Virus genome (UHGV): UHGV-1364187
Length of the DNA: 64,000 bases
Source of the DNA: a virus
Strand: one strand, 5' to 3'
Positions 19,140 through 28,827 of the stretch are shown here, one piece after another. The position numbers and the translations under genes were made by a program. The notes under the pieces were generated by a model that was not told the origin of the DNA, made no database searches, and worked only from the letters and a program-made list of their open reading frames with translations. Every line of letters begins with the position of its first letter. Positions within the stretch are counted from its first letter, which is position 1.

Positions 19140-19802
19140 ATGAATGAATTTCCAGGAATAAAAATATTCGAAGGTATAAATCCAACATTAACTTCGCCTT
19201 ATTCCCCATTTTCATTGTCTTTTTATCAAACAAGAAAAACATTGATTGATATAGATCTATATCAGCGATTTTTATCTAATGCTATAAAACAATTCAGGGG
19301 AACAGAAGTTTATAAACATTATAAAGCGTTCTTGATGGGATTAGGATTAGATAAGTCACAAATGCATTCTAATATAAATTCAGAAATGGCTAATTTAGAA
19401 ATGCATCATAATGTTCTTACAATATTTGATATAGCTATTATTCTTACTGAGCATACATTAAATCAATATGGATATATATCATCATTTGATTTAGTAAACA
19501 TGCTTAGAAAAGAACATACCGAACATAGAGTACAACTTATCATGATTGATTTAACGACTCACCAATTATTTCATAATACTGGAGAAATATATTTTCATCC
19601 AAATATGTGTGTTGGAAATTGGTGGGAATTCTTAGAATTATACAAAGATGGTGTAACACCAGATATAGCTAAAAAAGTTATAAAATATATAGATAGAGCT
19701 GAAGAGTTAGAAGGTTCTATTGATGGTAAGTATTCTGAACTTAGAAAAAATGTAAAAGATTGGAGTGTTTATAATGAGTCCTTCAAGCATAATGAATTTT
19801 AG
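19140..19802 (+). CDS. Hypothetical protein (220 aa)
   Basis: ORF; AGAGGTG RBS. Confidence 0.5.
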   Translation: MNEFPGIKIFEGINPTLTSPYSPFSLSFYQTRKTLIDIDLYQRFLSNAIKQFRGTEVYKHYKAFLMGLGLDKSQMHSNINSEMANLEMHHNVLTIFDIAIILTEHTLNQYGYISSFDLVNMLRKEHTEHRVQLIMIDLTTHQLFHNTGEIYFHPNMCVGNWWEFLELYKDGVTPDIAKKVIKYIDRAEELEGSIDGKYSELRKNVKDWSVYNESFKHNEF

Positions 19803-20235
19803 TAATATTCTTAATATTGTAACTATAATAATGTCACTATATATGATACATTTTTTAAATTGCATGCTAAAATATGTAAACGATAAAAACAAAATTAGAA
19901 AATATGAGATTGATATAAACTGTAAAGTTACACAACAAGAAGTTGAAGAGGAATTGGATGGATTTATTAGAGCTAGATGGGAAGAATATTTTATTTGTAA
20001 ATTAGGATGGAAAGAAACATATGCTCCTAATTCTAAAGAACAAGAAAAAGTGTTATCAGATATGGCAACTATTATAAGTTGTACAATATCACCATTATTA
20101 ATGACAAGATTATCACGTTTTTATAATCCTGAAAAAGATAAAGATGGAGTATCTGGTATTGATAAAGTAATAGCCGAAAAAATCCATATTATTGTTCTAA
20201 ATTATAGCTTAGAAAACAGTAAACCTACAAAATAG
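19774..20235 (+). CDS. Hypothetical protein (~153 aa)
   Basis: Start chosen at MSPSS with a GGAGTG RBS; overlaps the upstream gene by 29 nt. Confidence 0.45.
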   Translation: MSPSSIMNFSNILNIVTIIMSLYMIHFLNCMLKYVNDKNKIRKYEIDINCKVTQQEVEEELDGFIRARWEEYFICKLGWKETYAPNSKEQEKVLSDMATIISCTISPLLMTRLSRFYNPEKDKDGVSGIDKVIAEKIHIIVLNYSLENSKPTK

Positions 20236-20266
20236 ATAAAAAATAAAGGTATATAGTCTAAAATGA

Positions 20267-21064
20267 CTATATACCTTTATTTGTTAGTATTCTCATATAA
20301 TATGAAAGAATCATTTCCATAATTCTTCTATTATATGATATATCCATTATATTTGGATCAAATGAATATAACTCTTGTAATCCATAATTCATATAAAACG
20401 GACTATTTATTCTAAATAAACTAGAGTCATTGAATTCTCTATAGAAACCAGGTTCTACTCTAAAATTCATATATTCATTAAGAAAATTAGATAGAATTTG
20501 CACTGCGTCCAATATATTCAGTTCAGCAGCTTCAAATACACACTTGAGTAATTCGATAAAGTAATTTTCATGTACTGGTAATATTTGATCAGATATACCT
20601 TTCACATCAAAATTCTCTAACATTCTTACTCTATCACAAAAATAATAGTATTCATATCTGAATATTCTGTAAAATGATGTGTATATATTCTTACATACAA
20701 ATTCCACTTTATCAAAAGTAGTATATCTTGGTTCTTTTGATATTACAAATATAGCATCTTTTCTTATAGCTAATACTTCTTCATCTTGAATACCATTAGC
20801 TTCAAAAAACATTTGTCTATATTCCTTAAATCCATTATTAAGTTCTTTCTTTATAACTTCATTATCTCTTTGTAGCTTTCCAATCACAATACTTCTATCT
20901 TTGAGAGAAGCATAATAATCGTACTCACTTTGAGATATAAGTCCTTTTGATAAGAGAATACTGATATTAGCTTTCCTCATATCATATTCTCTTATATAAG
21001 TAGATATAAGGAAATCTATATCTTTATTAATATAGACGTCCTTCAGGTAGCTCCGTGACACCAT
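20267..21064 (-). CDS. Hypothetical protein (265 aa)
   Basis: ORF. Confidence 0.5.
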   Translation of the reverse strand: MVSRSYLKDVYINKDIDFLISTYIREYDMRKANISILLSKGLISQSEYDYYASLKDRSIVIGKLQRDNEVIKKELNNGFKEYRQMFFEANGIQDEEVLAIRKDAIFVISKEPRYTTFDKVEFVCKNIYTSFYRIFRYEYYYFCDRVRMLENFDVKGISDQILPVHENYFIELLKCVFEAAELNILDAVQILSNFLNEYMNFRVEPGFYREFNDSSLFRINSPFYMNYGLQELYSFDPNIMDISYNRRIMEMILSYYMRILTNKGI

Positions 21065-21551
21065 TATGCAATGCCTCCTTAGCTATATACTTTACGTAAT
21101 TTTCTTTATCAATATCAAAGTTATACAACCCATTAACAGACATTGACATATTATATTGTGTAGGTGTAAAGTTATAATCTTCAACATCATTGATCATAAT
21201 GGGAATAACTCCATATCTATGTTGTATAAATTTATATACAGATTCTATAATAGCATCAAAATATCCACCATTATCCCTATAGACAAGAAGATATATATTT
21301 TTACCTTCATAAAATGGCATCATCGCTTTCATTAACTCATTTATACCATTTGATTGTAAAATATAGTTTGCATAATTTATATCAAATTCTCTTTCTTTTC
21401 CTTCTTCTAATATAAAAGAACCAGTAGGTATTATATTCAATCTCTCAAATCCTTCTAAAGGACTTAAGAGATTGAATACTAAAAGGTTCTTTACATATGG
21501 TTCTCCAGTTTGAAAATCAACTAATGTAGTATGATCTCCTATGAAAATCAT
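21027..21551 (-). CDS. Hypothetical protein (174 aa)
   Basis: ORF. Confidence 0.5.
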   Translation of the reverse strand: MIFIGDHTTLVDFQTGEPYVKNLLVFNLLSPLEGFERLNIIPTGSFILEEGKEREFDINYANYILQSNGINELMKAMMPFYEGKNIYLLVYRDNGGYFDAIIESVYKFIQHRYGVIPIMINDVEDYNFTPTQYNMSMSVNGLYNFDIDKENYVKYIAKEALHNGVTELPEGRLY

Positions 21552-21599
21552 AAATAATCACCTCTAAAAGAATCAATAATGTTCATGATTAATCTCTCC

Positions 21600-22265
21600 T
21601 TATCGTTGAATTATAGCTGGAATTTGTAATTGTTGATTATTATAACCAACAGCCATTCTTAAGAAGTATTGATTATACTCTTGTAATGTATAATTTGATG
21701 GTACTGGAGGATTTAATTCTCTAATAAGTTTAAGAATTAGCCCATCATTAAATTCTACAGTAGGAACCATCTTCCAAGCTTCAAATAAATCATGACTTGT
21801 ATATAAATCAAACATATATAATGTCATTGCTATATTAATGAAGTAATTTTGCATCCAACTAAATTGAATATATTGATCTCCACATACGATACCAAATGTC
21901 TGTGCTAAATATGCTTTAAATACATTTACATAATTCGTCTGTGCTTCATCTGGTGTTGCGTATAATATAATATTCTTTCCTATAGTTAATGCTTTAAGAA
22001 TACTAGCTATATAGTCCATGCACTCTTTTCTATTTAAATGCTCATAATACATTGTACAAAAACCGTCCATATCATTATTAACTTCGTGCATAAAACATTC
22101 GTAAGTTGGTGTTAATATACTAGCTACCAATGCTCCACATTGATTTACAAATTGTGGATCTACATTTTGACTAATTGCCACAACCACATTATTCTGTGGA
22201 TCTTGTCTAACGAAATCAAATACTACATTAGTATCTGATGTAAAATAAAGTGTTCCTGTAATCAT
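21600..22265 (-). CDS. Hypothetical protein (221 aa)
   Basis: ORF. Confidence 0.5.
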   Translation of the reverse strand: MITGTLYFTSDTNVVFDFVRQDPQNNVVVAISQNVDPQFVNQCGALVASILTPTYECFMHEVNNDMDGFCTMYYEHLNRKECMDYIASILKALTIGKNIILYATPDEAQTNYVNVFKAYLAQTFGIVCGDQYIQFSWMQNYFINIAMTLYMFDLYTSHDLFEAWKMVPTVEFNDGLILKLIRELNPPVPSNYTLQEYNQYFLRMAVGYNNQQLQIPAIIQR

Positions 22266-22266
22266 A

Positions 22267-22572
22267 TTAATTCTCCTCTCCTAAATCACAAGTTCCAATA
22301 CATTGTGGACATCCATACATTTTAATATAATCATCTTTACCTAATCTTTTAATACACACATAATGGTCGTTTTTCCAACCAATTCTATCGTCACTAAAAC
22401 TGTCTTCTTTAATCACAATATCATCTATATCAAATAATAAATCACCATTATTAGGTCTCCAGTATGTGTCTACAATATATTGTTTCATTTCTTCTATTGT
22501 ATTAAAGTATTTAACACATTTCATTGACTCTTCTAACATATGCCTAACTGGACGATATTTAATCATATACAA
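22267..22572 (-). CDS. Hypothetical small protein with a CPQC..C motif (101 aa)
   Basis: ORF; 1-nt gap to the next gene. Confidence 0.45.
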   Translation of the reverse strand: MYMIKYRPVRHMLEESMKCVKYFNTIEEMKQYIVDTYWRPNNGDLLFDIDDIVIKEDSFSDDRIGWKNDHYVCIKRLGKDDYIKMYGCPQCIGTCDLGEEN

Positions 22573-22608
22573 TTCCCCCCTTATTTTTTATATAAAATAG
22601 AGAACTTT

Positions 22609-24036
22609 TTATAAGTTCTCTAATCTTCTTTGATTAACTTTCTTTTTGTTTGGTACAAAGTTTTTAAGACTATCCTCTTTATCAGATTTTGTATCATCTT
22701 CATCTTGTTCGTCTTCATCTTGTTCTATCTCTTCTGTAGGTTCTAATCCATAAGAAGAATAATCTGGTTCTTCATCATCAGAACCCATCATTGCATCTTG
22801 AATAGATTTTGGATCTAAAGAAACATTATCATCTTCATCATCTTTTGTTACACTATATGTTTCTCTATCGTCTTGATAGAAATAATCATTCTTCTCTCTA
22901 GCAGAATAATCAGTTCGTGTTTCATGGTATTCATATGTGGTTGGTTCTGTATAATATGGCATTGTTGTTTGAATATTTTCTTGTTTTATAAAGTCTTTAA
23001 GAGCATCTCCAACAACATCACCAATAGTTTGTTGTGTATTATCTTCAATAACTCCAATAGGACCACGTTCTTCTTGTTTCTTTCTTTGTTCCTCTTTTTG
23101 TTTTCTTCGTTGTTCTTGTTCATATTTCTTAATTTCTTTAGGTGTCATCTTAACTTTTCTTGTTTTAATTACACCTGCAACTTCTTTCTCTTGAATAGTT
23201 TCTGTAGAACCATCAGATTCTGACATAACTTTTCCTCCAATAACTAATTGTGATACTAAACTCATATCATTCTCCTCCTTCATAATTTTTATTTCTTGCT
23301 TATGAATTGCACTAGCTAATTTTCTAGCTTGATAATGCATTCCACATTTTGTGCAATATAAATGATTAAATCCTTCATCGTAGTCTATTTCACCACCACA
23401 AGGAAATCCATTTATCATATTATTACAATATAATTTAGAGCCATCTAATTCAAATAGCATTGCATAATCTATTAAGACAACTCCAAAACCAGGTCTTACT
23501 CCATAGTTAAACATATAATTAGTTCCTATATCTTCCATAACATACTTACCCAATATCTTAGTAGTTATAAGATCATATATGTCTGGTGCTATAGATATAT
23601 ACTCTTCTCTTGATTGAACAGCTTTTACTCGTTCATAATTACCAACTACACCAGTATTTGCCTCTACCTCAAATGATTTACATACGTAAGGTTTAATAAA
23701 ATTCTGATTATAGTTTTCAGCATAGTTAGCCTTAATACCAACTTTATCTAAAGCTATTTTAAAACAATTTACATTACATTCATATGGTGCATATACTACT
23801 CTATTAGTACCACCACCTATTTTATGACATCCTCTTTTTATAAGTAATTGATTAATCATATCCTTCTTTTGATCAATCTTAGATGCATATTTTACAGAAT
23901 TGACTATCCATTGTAATGAATCTATATCATTATAATCTAACCAATTATATAGACTCGGTGCAGCCAATGTTTCAAAATTAAATTCTAATGGGGACATTTC
24001 TTTAGAATATAATATTGATCTAGGATTAAGTTTCAT
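22609..24036 (-). CDS. Hypothetical protein with a zinc-ribbon (CGGEIDY..CTKCG) and a long acidic/charged C-terminal tail (475 aa)
   Basis: ORF. KEEQRKKQEE and DDEEPD low-complexity tail. Weak, unconvincing kinase-like glycine loop (IGGGTNRVVY). Confidence 0.55.
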   Translation of the reverse strand: MKLNPRSILYSKEMSPLEFNFETLAAPSLYNWLDYNDIDSLQWIVNSVKYASKIDQKKDMINQLLIKRGCHKIGGGTNRVVYAPYECNVNCFKIALDKVGIKANYAENYNQNFIKPYVCKSFEVEANTGVVGNYERVKAVQSREEYISIAPDIYDLITTKILGKYVMEDIGTNYMFNYGVRPGFGVVLIDYAMLFELDGSKLYCNNMINGFPCGGEIDYDEGFNHLYCTKCGMHYQARKLASAIHKQEIKIMKEENDMSLVSQLVIGGKVMSESDGSTETIQEKEVAGVIKTRKVKMTPKEIKKYEQEQRRKQKEEQRKKQEERGPIGVIEDNTQQTIGDVVGDALKDFIKQENIQTTMPYYTEPTTYEYHETRTDYSAREKNDYFYQDDRETYSVTKDDEDDNVSLDPKSIQDAMMGSDDEEPDYSSYGLEPTEEIEQDEDEQDEDDTKSDKEDSLKNFVPNKKKVNQRRLENL

Positions 24037-24042
24037 TATTCA

Positions 24043-24846
24043 TCATCCCCTTGGTATAGAATTTAAGAAAGCCATTTTCTTTCTTTGTAATTGTTCTTGT
24101 ATTGACGCTGGTGGAGCTATTTCCATATCATCAATACTAGTATTTTGCATAGTATTATTCTTATTGTAAATACTACCGAAATAATTTGATTGATTATGCA
24201 TATTAAGTAATTTATTATATGCTTCTCTATTATATAGATTATTAAGTTGTCTTTGCTGCATACGAAGTTGTTGTTCGTTTAGTCTTATAGCTTCTTCTCC
24301 GTATGATTCAAAGAAATCTGATAATCCACAATCCCCTAATTGATTATCCATACGTTCTCTTTCTCTACACATATTCGTATATTGATTTTGTTGTTGTATA
24401 GGGTATTGTTCATTCATAGTTCTAATACTCATTAGTCTCATAGTATTTTGATCTTCTCTTTGATCATCTGTCATTCTTTGTTCTTGAATAAATTGAGGAT
24501 CATACTGTTTTAGATGTTCTTCCATATCATCTTTATGAAGCCCCAATGCCTTATTAACTCTTTTACTGACTTCTTTAAACTGATTTGCATTTTGGATTTG
24601 TGCTTGCCTCATTTGTGCTTCCATTTGTCTCTGTCTTTGTTGAGCCAAATAAGGATTATACAATCCAGTATGCATACCACCATAATACTGACCCATTCCC
24701 ATCATTTGATTTGGTGGTTGATTGTAACCCGTTCCCATATTAACCATATTGCCTATAGATTGAGGCATCATGGGGTGTTGATATGGTATATTCATTTGAT
24801 TTTGTTGATGAAATGCACTCATTATAGGTGAATTATAATTAATCAT
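24043..24846 (-). CDS. Q/N/M/P/Y-rich low-complexity (prion-like) protein (267 aa)
   Basis: N-terminal ~80 aa are almost entirely Q, N, M, P, G, Y. Central region QRQRQMEAQMRQAQIQNANQ. Ends with a TGA stop. AAGGAGG RBS, and an early-motif copy plus a TATAAT hexamer upstream. Confidence 0.55.
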   Translation of the reverse strand: MINYNSPIMSAFHQQNQMNIPYQHPMMPQSIGNMVNMGTGYNQPPNQMMGMGQYYGGMHTGLYNPYLAQQRQRQMEAQMRQAQIQNANQFKEVSKRVNKALGLHKDDMEEHLKQYDPQFIQEQRMTDDQREDQNTMRLMSIRTMNEQYPIQQQNQYTNMCRERERMDNQLGDCGLSDFFESYGEEAIRLNEQQLRMQQRQLNNLYNREAYNKLLNMHNQSNYFGSIYNKNNTMQNTSIDDMEIAPPASIQEQLQRKKMAFLNSIPRG

Positions 24847-24877
24847 TATATCTAAACCTCCTTTAGATTATATCTCT

Positions 24878-24900
24878 CATATATATAATATATAATTAAA
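24878..24900 (-). promoter_or_regulatory. Early-promoter-like motif copy (TTTAATTATATATTATATATATGAGAG) followed by ATATAAT
   Basis: Motif recurrence, read directly. Confidence 0.4.
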
Positions 24901-25012
24901 ATAATTAATGCTCAATGAAAAATAGAGCATTAATATTTCCTATAAGTATAAGTTATGAGGGGTTTAAAAAATAAAACTAGAGAGATTTTACACTCTCTAG
25001 TTTTTTATTAAT

Positions 25013-25708
25013 TTATTCTGGCATTTCTTCAAATTCTATTTGTTGAAACTTACTGCTAAAAATGATACGGTCTTTATACAATTCACTATATTCTTTTACC
25101 ATAGCTACAAGTGATTTTGGTAATGTATATGATAGACTATTCATAAATCTATTAAAATTAACAATATCCTTTTCACAGTCTATTCTATTAAGGCACATAT
25201 CATATATACATGATAATACATATACACTATATTCATACATATACGTTTCATCAATTTGTTCTATACAACATTGTCTATAAATATATTGATCTAGATTATT
25301 AAGAATCATATCTAAAGTTTCTCTTGTAGTAAATAACTCTTGTGGATTTCTTGATGGTTCTCTATTATATAGTGGATTATCATCACAATCATACACACTA
25401 TGACCATTGATATTGTATAAAGTTCTATCACAATCACCTACAGGGTTATTAACTAAATTGAATGCTGTAATACATAGCATTTTTATAGTACTAAATAATT
25501 TATGTGAAAATATATTATTTGGTAAGGATTTCAAAGAATAGTTTTCAGTAATAATAGGATCATTATTTGATATATTATCTTCGTATTCACTAAATGGACT
25601 CATTATAGCAAACAATTTATTGTCTGGTGTTCCTATTTGTGGAGCAATAATTACTGCTGGTGTTACCATTTCTTTTTTATTTACTTTTACTTCGTTCTTT
25701 TTACTCAT
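25013..25708 (-). CDS. Hypothetical protein (231 aa)
   Basis: ORF. Confidence 0.5.
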   Translation of the reverse strand: MSKKNEVKVNKKEMVTPAVIIAPQIGTPDNKLFAIMSPFSEYEDNISNNDPIITENYSLKSLPNNIFSHKLFSTIKMLCITAFNLVNNPVGDCDRTLYNINGHSVYDCDDNPLYNREPSRNPQELFTTRETLDMILNNLDQYIYRQCCIEQIDETYMYEYSVYVLSCIYDMCLNRIDCEKDIVNFNRFMNSLSYTLPKSLVAMVKEYSELYKDRIIFSSKFQQIEFEEMPE

Positions 25709-25720
25709 ATTACATTCCTC

Positions 25721-26176
25721 CTATAAATTAGATTTAATAAATAATAGATCATTCTTAATACTATTAAGAATGATTGATAGTTTGGTTAAACTACTAATTT
25801 GATTGTCGTTAAATTTAAATACATGTTTCAGTATCTTTTTAATCTCATTTTCTAGCATAACCATAATCAGATCAATACCAATTTCATCAATCTGAACTGA
25901 TTTGATTGATAGATTATCTAGAATATTATTAACAACGTTGAATTTATCTACAGTAGATTCTAACGGATTAAATAATCTATAGAGATGGTTACTAACAACA
26001 TTATTAGCAACTATTGATTTGTATACAGCATTAATAGTAATACCATTAGGATATTTACCATTAAGTGTATAGATTTTATTAAGATAATCGGAGATATCAG
26101 TTTTCATAACTAATACCCCACAACTATCACCACTACAATCTGAACTATTACCATAACCATAAATACTATTATACAT
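25721..26176 (-). CDS. Hypothetical protein (~151 aa)
   Basis: Start chosen at MYNSIYGYG with a strong AAGAGGAGGAG RBS. Confidence 0.5.
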   Translation of the reverse strand: MYNSIYGYGNSSDCSGDSCGVLVMKTDISDYLNKIYTLNGKYPNGITINAVYKSIVANNVVSNHLYRLFNPLESTVDKFNVVNNILDNLSIKSVQIDEIGIDLIMVMLENEIKKILKHVFKFNDNQISSLTKLSIILNSIKNDLLFIKSNL

Positions 26177-26906
26177 ATCTTCTCCTCCTCTTAATTTGTG
26201 TTTTATAATTATCCATATTGACTGTTGTATTATCAATATAGAAATTAGCTGGAATTTGATAATCTTCTCTACAAAATCTTTGATGATAAGAATCTTGTAG
26301 AATAAAATTATCTAGATCTTGTTTTGTTTGTACATCTACCATATCATTATATTCTGATATGACTTGAATTAGTAATGGATCTACTATACGTATCCCATTG
26401 CTTTTTGTAAAACATTCACTAGCTTTCTTTTGTGAAGCTGGTGAATGATTAACATGTCCTTTTTGATGGTAAAAATTAGCATATAAATTATTATAGTATA
26501 TAGCACAGAATAACTCAATAATGAATTGTTCATTCTTTACTTCTTGTCCACTAGAATTATACATATGACCATTATACATACAATTTATCCAACTAAATAT
26601 CCATTTAGTAATTCCATATATACAATATTGACTATCACCAAAGATATTAATCTTATATCCAATTCTATAATAATCAATAGCTCTATATACAGCAAGTAAT
26701 AATGCTCTATTTTCTGTCATATTATTAGTACAATCCCTAAGTATATAAGACTTATAATCGACTACATTTCGATTTCCATATTCATCTGTTAAAACACATA
26801 CAGCTCCTGGACATCCTATAGTCTCTCCTGTTGATTCTACCTTATGAATAGAACCATCACAAAATATATTACATGTTTCTGGATTGAAAATGTCTCTATA
26901 ATCCAT
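26169..26906 (-). CDS. rnh: Ribonuclease H (RNase HI family)
   Basis: IFCDGS (catalytic Asp), TNNMTENRALLLAVYRAI (the TNN..AEL motif), IFGDSQYCIYGITKWIFSW (the TDSQY..GIT.W motif) and HQKGHVNH are all colinear with E. coli RnhA. GGAGG RBS. Confidence 0.75.
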   Translation of the reverse strand: MDYRDIFNPETCNIFCDGSIHKVESTGETIGCPGAVCVLTDEYGNRNVVDYKSYILRDCTNNMTENRALLLAVYRAIDYYRIGYKINIFGDSQYCIYGITKWIFSWINCMYNGHMYNSSGQEVKNEQFIIELFCAIYYNNLYANFYHQKGHVNHSPASQKKASECFTKSNGIRIVDPLLIQVISEYNDMVDVQTKQDLDNFILQDSYHQRFCREDYQIPANFYIDNTTVNMDNYKTQIKRRRRYV

Positions 26907-26921
26907 ATTATATTTACCTCC

Positions 26922-26945
26922 TTTTCATATATATAATATATAATT
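26922..26945 (-). promoter_or_regulatory. Early-promoter-like motif copy (TTTTCAATTATATATTATATATATGAAAAGGAGG)
   Basis: Immediately upstream of the RNase H RBS. Confidence 0.4.
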
Positions 26946-26953
26946 GAAAAATA

Positions 26954-26982
26954 GCTTAGATAACCAAAAAGGTTATCTAAGT
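26954..26982 (-). terminator. Terminator hairpin (cttagataacc-aaaaa-ggttatctaag)
   Basis: 11-bp stem; T-run on the minus strand; downstream of 27039..27503. Confidence 0.5.
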
Positions 26983-27038
26983 TTAATGAGATTATTACGA
27001 GTGGAAAAAGTTAATTATAATCACCTATTACAAAAATG

Positions 27039-27503
27039 TTATTTACATTTTTTAAGTTTAACTTTTTTACCTAAGTTCTTAATCTTTTTCTTCACGTTTT
27101 TGATTTTATTTTTAGCTTTGCATTTTCCTGCTTCAGATTGACATCCACTAGCTTCTTTTGCACAAGCTTCAATAAAAGCTTCAAATTGTGCTTTTGATGG
27201 GATAACAACAGCTACAGTATTAATATCCATATCGATTCCATTAGCTTCACAAATTTTACATAAAGCTTTATATTCATCACATTCTGAGTAACTTTCTGAT
27301 AAATATTTTGTCACTTCAACTAATTCATCTAACCCAATACAATATTCATTCTGTGCTGTTCTAATAACTCTTGCTGTTTCTGGTGTTACTTCTAATGATA
27401 CCTCTTCTTCAACAGTTGCATATACATCATCAGTATTATATAATTCTTGATCTTCATCTGAAACTGTTGTACTTTCTAAAATACTTCTAAGATAAGAATT
27501 CAT
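27039..27503 (-). CDS. Hypothetical protein with an acidic N-terminal half and a poly-Lys C-terminus (154 aa)
   Basis: The C-terminus KAKNKIKNVKKKIKNLGKKVKLKKCK is strongly basic. Confidence 0.5.
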   Translation of the reverse strand: MNSYLRSILESTTVSDEDQELYNTDDVYATVEEEVSLEVTPETARVIRTAQNEYCIGLDELVEVTKYLSESYSECDEYKALCKICEANGIDMDINTVAVVIPSKAQFEAFIEACAKEASGCQSEAGKCKAKNKIKNVKKKIKNLGKKVKLKKCK

Positions 27504-28277
27504 TTACTTTTCCTCCTTTTTAACTATTACAGCTGGTATAACTAAACCTTGTTCAGTATACTCATTTCCAGCTATATTATTTGTATGTTGATTTTGGTCA
27601 ACATTTAAAATATTTCGTATAGTGTCCATTGTCGGTAATTTGTTTCCACCACCAAATTCTACATACAATTCACTCTTCTCTAAGATATCATAATTAATCT
27701 TAGTTTTATAAGTCATTTCTTCTATACGCTGTAAAATATCAAGTTGTTCTGGTGGGAAAAATGGTCTATATAAATCAACAAACTTCTTATAATTACCCAA
27801 TACTTTGTCTGTCGGTACAAATAGATATCCATTATGAATTAATTGATGTGGTGTTTCTGATACAGATATTAATCCTATAATTCCATAATAGTGTACATAC
27901 ATAACTTCTTTAGCTACCAATTCTATTTCCAATGGTTCATTATATGCAACTCTTTTATTAAATACTATTAGACATATATCATATAATGATAATGGATCAT
28001 GATGTAAATGGATTTTAATCTTAGAAGTCTCTTCATTGGTCACATTCTCATAAAAACAACATTTATTCATGTCCATATTCTCTCTAAGATACTGAATAAG
28101 CATTTGATACTCTATAGAATGTCTTACCATTCTTTCTAAATCTTTCATAAATTTTTTGAATGATTTATCATCAAATAAGTCATAATCTTGAATATCAAAT
28201 GGTGGTAATTCTCTGATATGCAATATTGTACTTTTATCGTTTAATTGAATAGGTATTAAATTATTCGGATCTCGCAT
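27504..28277 (-). CDS. Hypothetical protein (257 aa)
   Basis: ORF directly abutting the downstream gene. Confidence 0.55.
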   Translation of the reverse strand: MRDPNNLIPIQLNDKSTILHIRELPPFDIQDYDLFDDKSFKKFMKDLERMVRHSIEYQMLIQYLRENMDMNKCCFYENVTNEETSKIKIHLHHDPLSLYDICLIVFNKRVAYNEPLEIELVAKEVMYVHYYGIIGLISVSETPHQLIHNGYLFVPTDKVLGNYKKFVDLYRPFFPPEQLDILQRIEEMTYKTKINYDILEKSELYVEFGGGNKLPTMDTIRNILNVDQNQHTNNIAGNEYTEQGLVIPAVIVKKEEK

Positions 28278-28353
28278 TATATCAGCTCCTTTCTTACGTA
28301 TATGTTGAAATATACTGTTTACCGAACATATAGATAAAAAGGGAGATGATAAT

Positions 28354-28536
28354 ATGCCAGGAACATATAAATTTTACATAGGAAGATGTGTGGAATGTGA
28401 TAAAGAAGATTTCTTTCCAATATACTTATATAAAAACTCCAATACATCAACATGTGAATATTGTGGAGGTACGGTATATATAGATAAATCGGAAACATTT
28501 AAAGGAAAAATATACATAAACAGAGAAAAAAGATAA
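28354..28536 (+). CDS. Small zinc-ribbon protein (60 aa, CVEC..(17)..CEYC)
   Basis: GGGAG RBS; a lone plus-strand gene inside a minus-strand block, followed by two hairpin terminators. Confidence 0.45.
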   Translation: MPGTYKFYIGRCVECDKEDFFPIYLYKNSNTSTCEYCGGTVYIDKSETFKGKIYINREKR

Positions 28537-28540
28537 AAAA

Positions 28541-28585
28541 TAAGTATAGTGGGCATTTGCCCACTATACTTTTCATATGTTAGAA
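28541..28585 (+). terminator. Terminator hairpin (aagtatagtgggca-tttg-cccactatactt + T-run)
   Basis: 13-bp stem followed by TTTT. Confidence 0.6.
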
Positions 28586-28591
28586 ACCCAC

Positions 28592-28625
28592 AAATGGTTG
28601 TGGTTATATATTTTTTAATATATGA
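28592..28625 (+). terminator. Second hairpin (aacccacaa-atgg-ttgtggtt) followed by a T-run
   Basis: Read directly. Confidence 0.45.
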
Positions 28626-28686
28626 GCTAACACCTAATAGGAAACAATTTAACAGCAAGATAAAGGTCATTACGATCATTAACTTC

Positions 28687-28711
28687 ATATATATAATATA
28701 TAATTGAAATT
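28687..28711 (-). promoter_or_regulatory. Early-promoter-like motif copy (TTTCAATTATATATTATATATATGAAG)
   Basis: The motif's ATG is the start of the doubtful ORF 28374..28688. Confidence 0.35.
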
Positions 28712-28827
28712 TTAAAGATATACATTATGGACATCCATAATGTATATCTTTATATTGTTAAACAATAAAACAGTAATAAGAGGATTTTATAGAATGTTAA
28801 ATCAGATATATCTGATTTATATTTATG

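Noticed and set aside
22609-24036. Protein kinase call for the 475-aa protein (IGGGTNRVVY glycine-loop-like, LIDYAML DFG-like)
   Set aside because: No HRD/catalytic-loop or VAIK lysine motif could be placed colinearly. The similarity is too weak to assert without a profile search.
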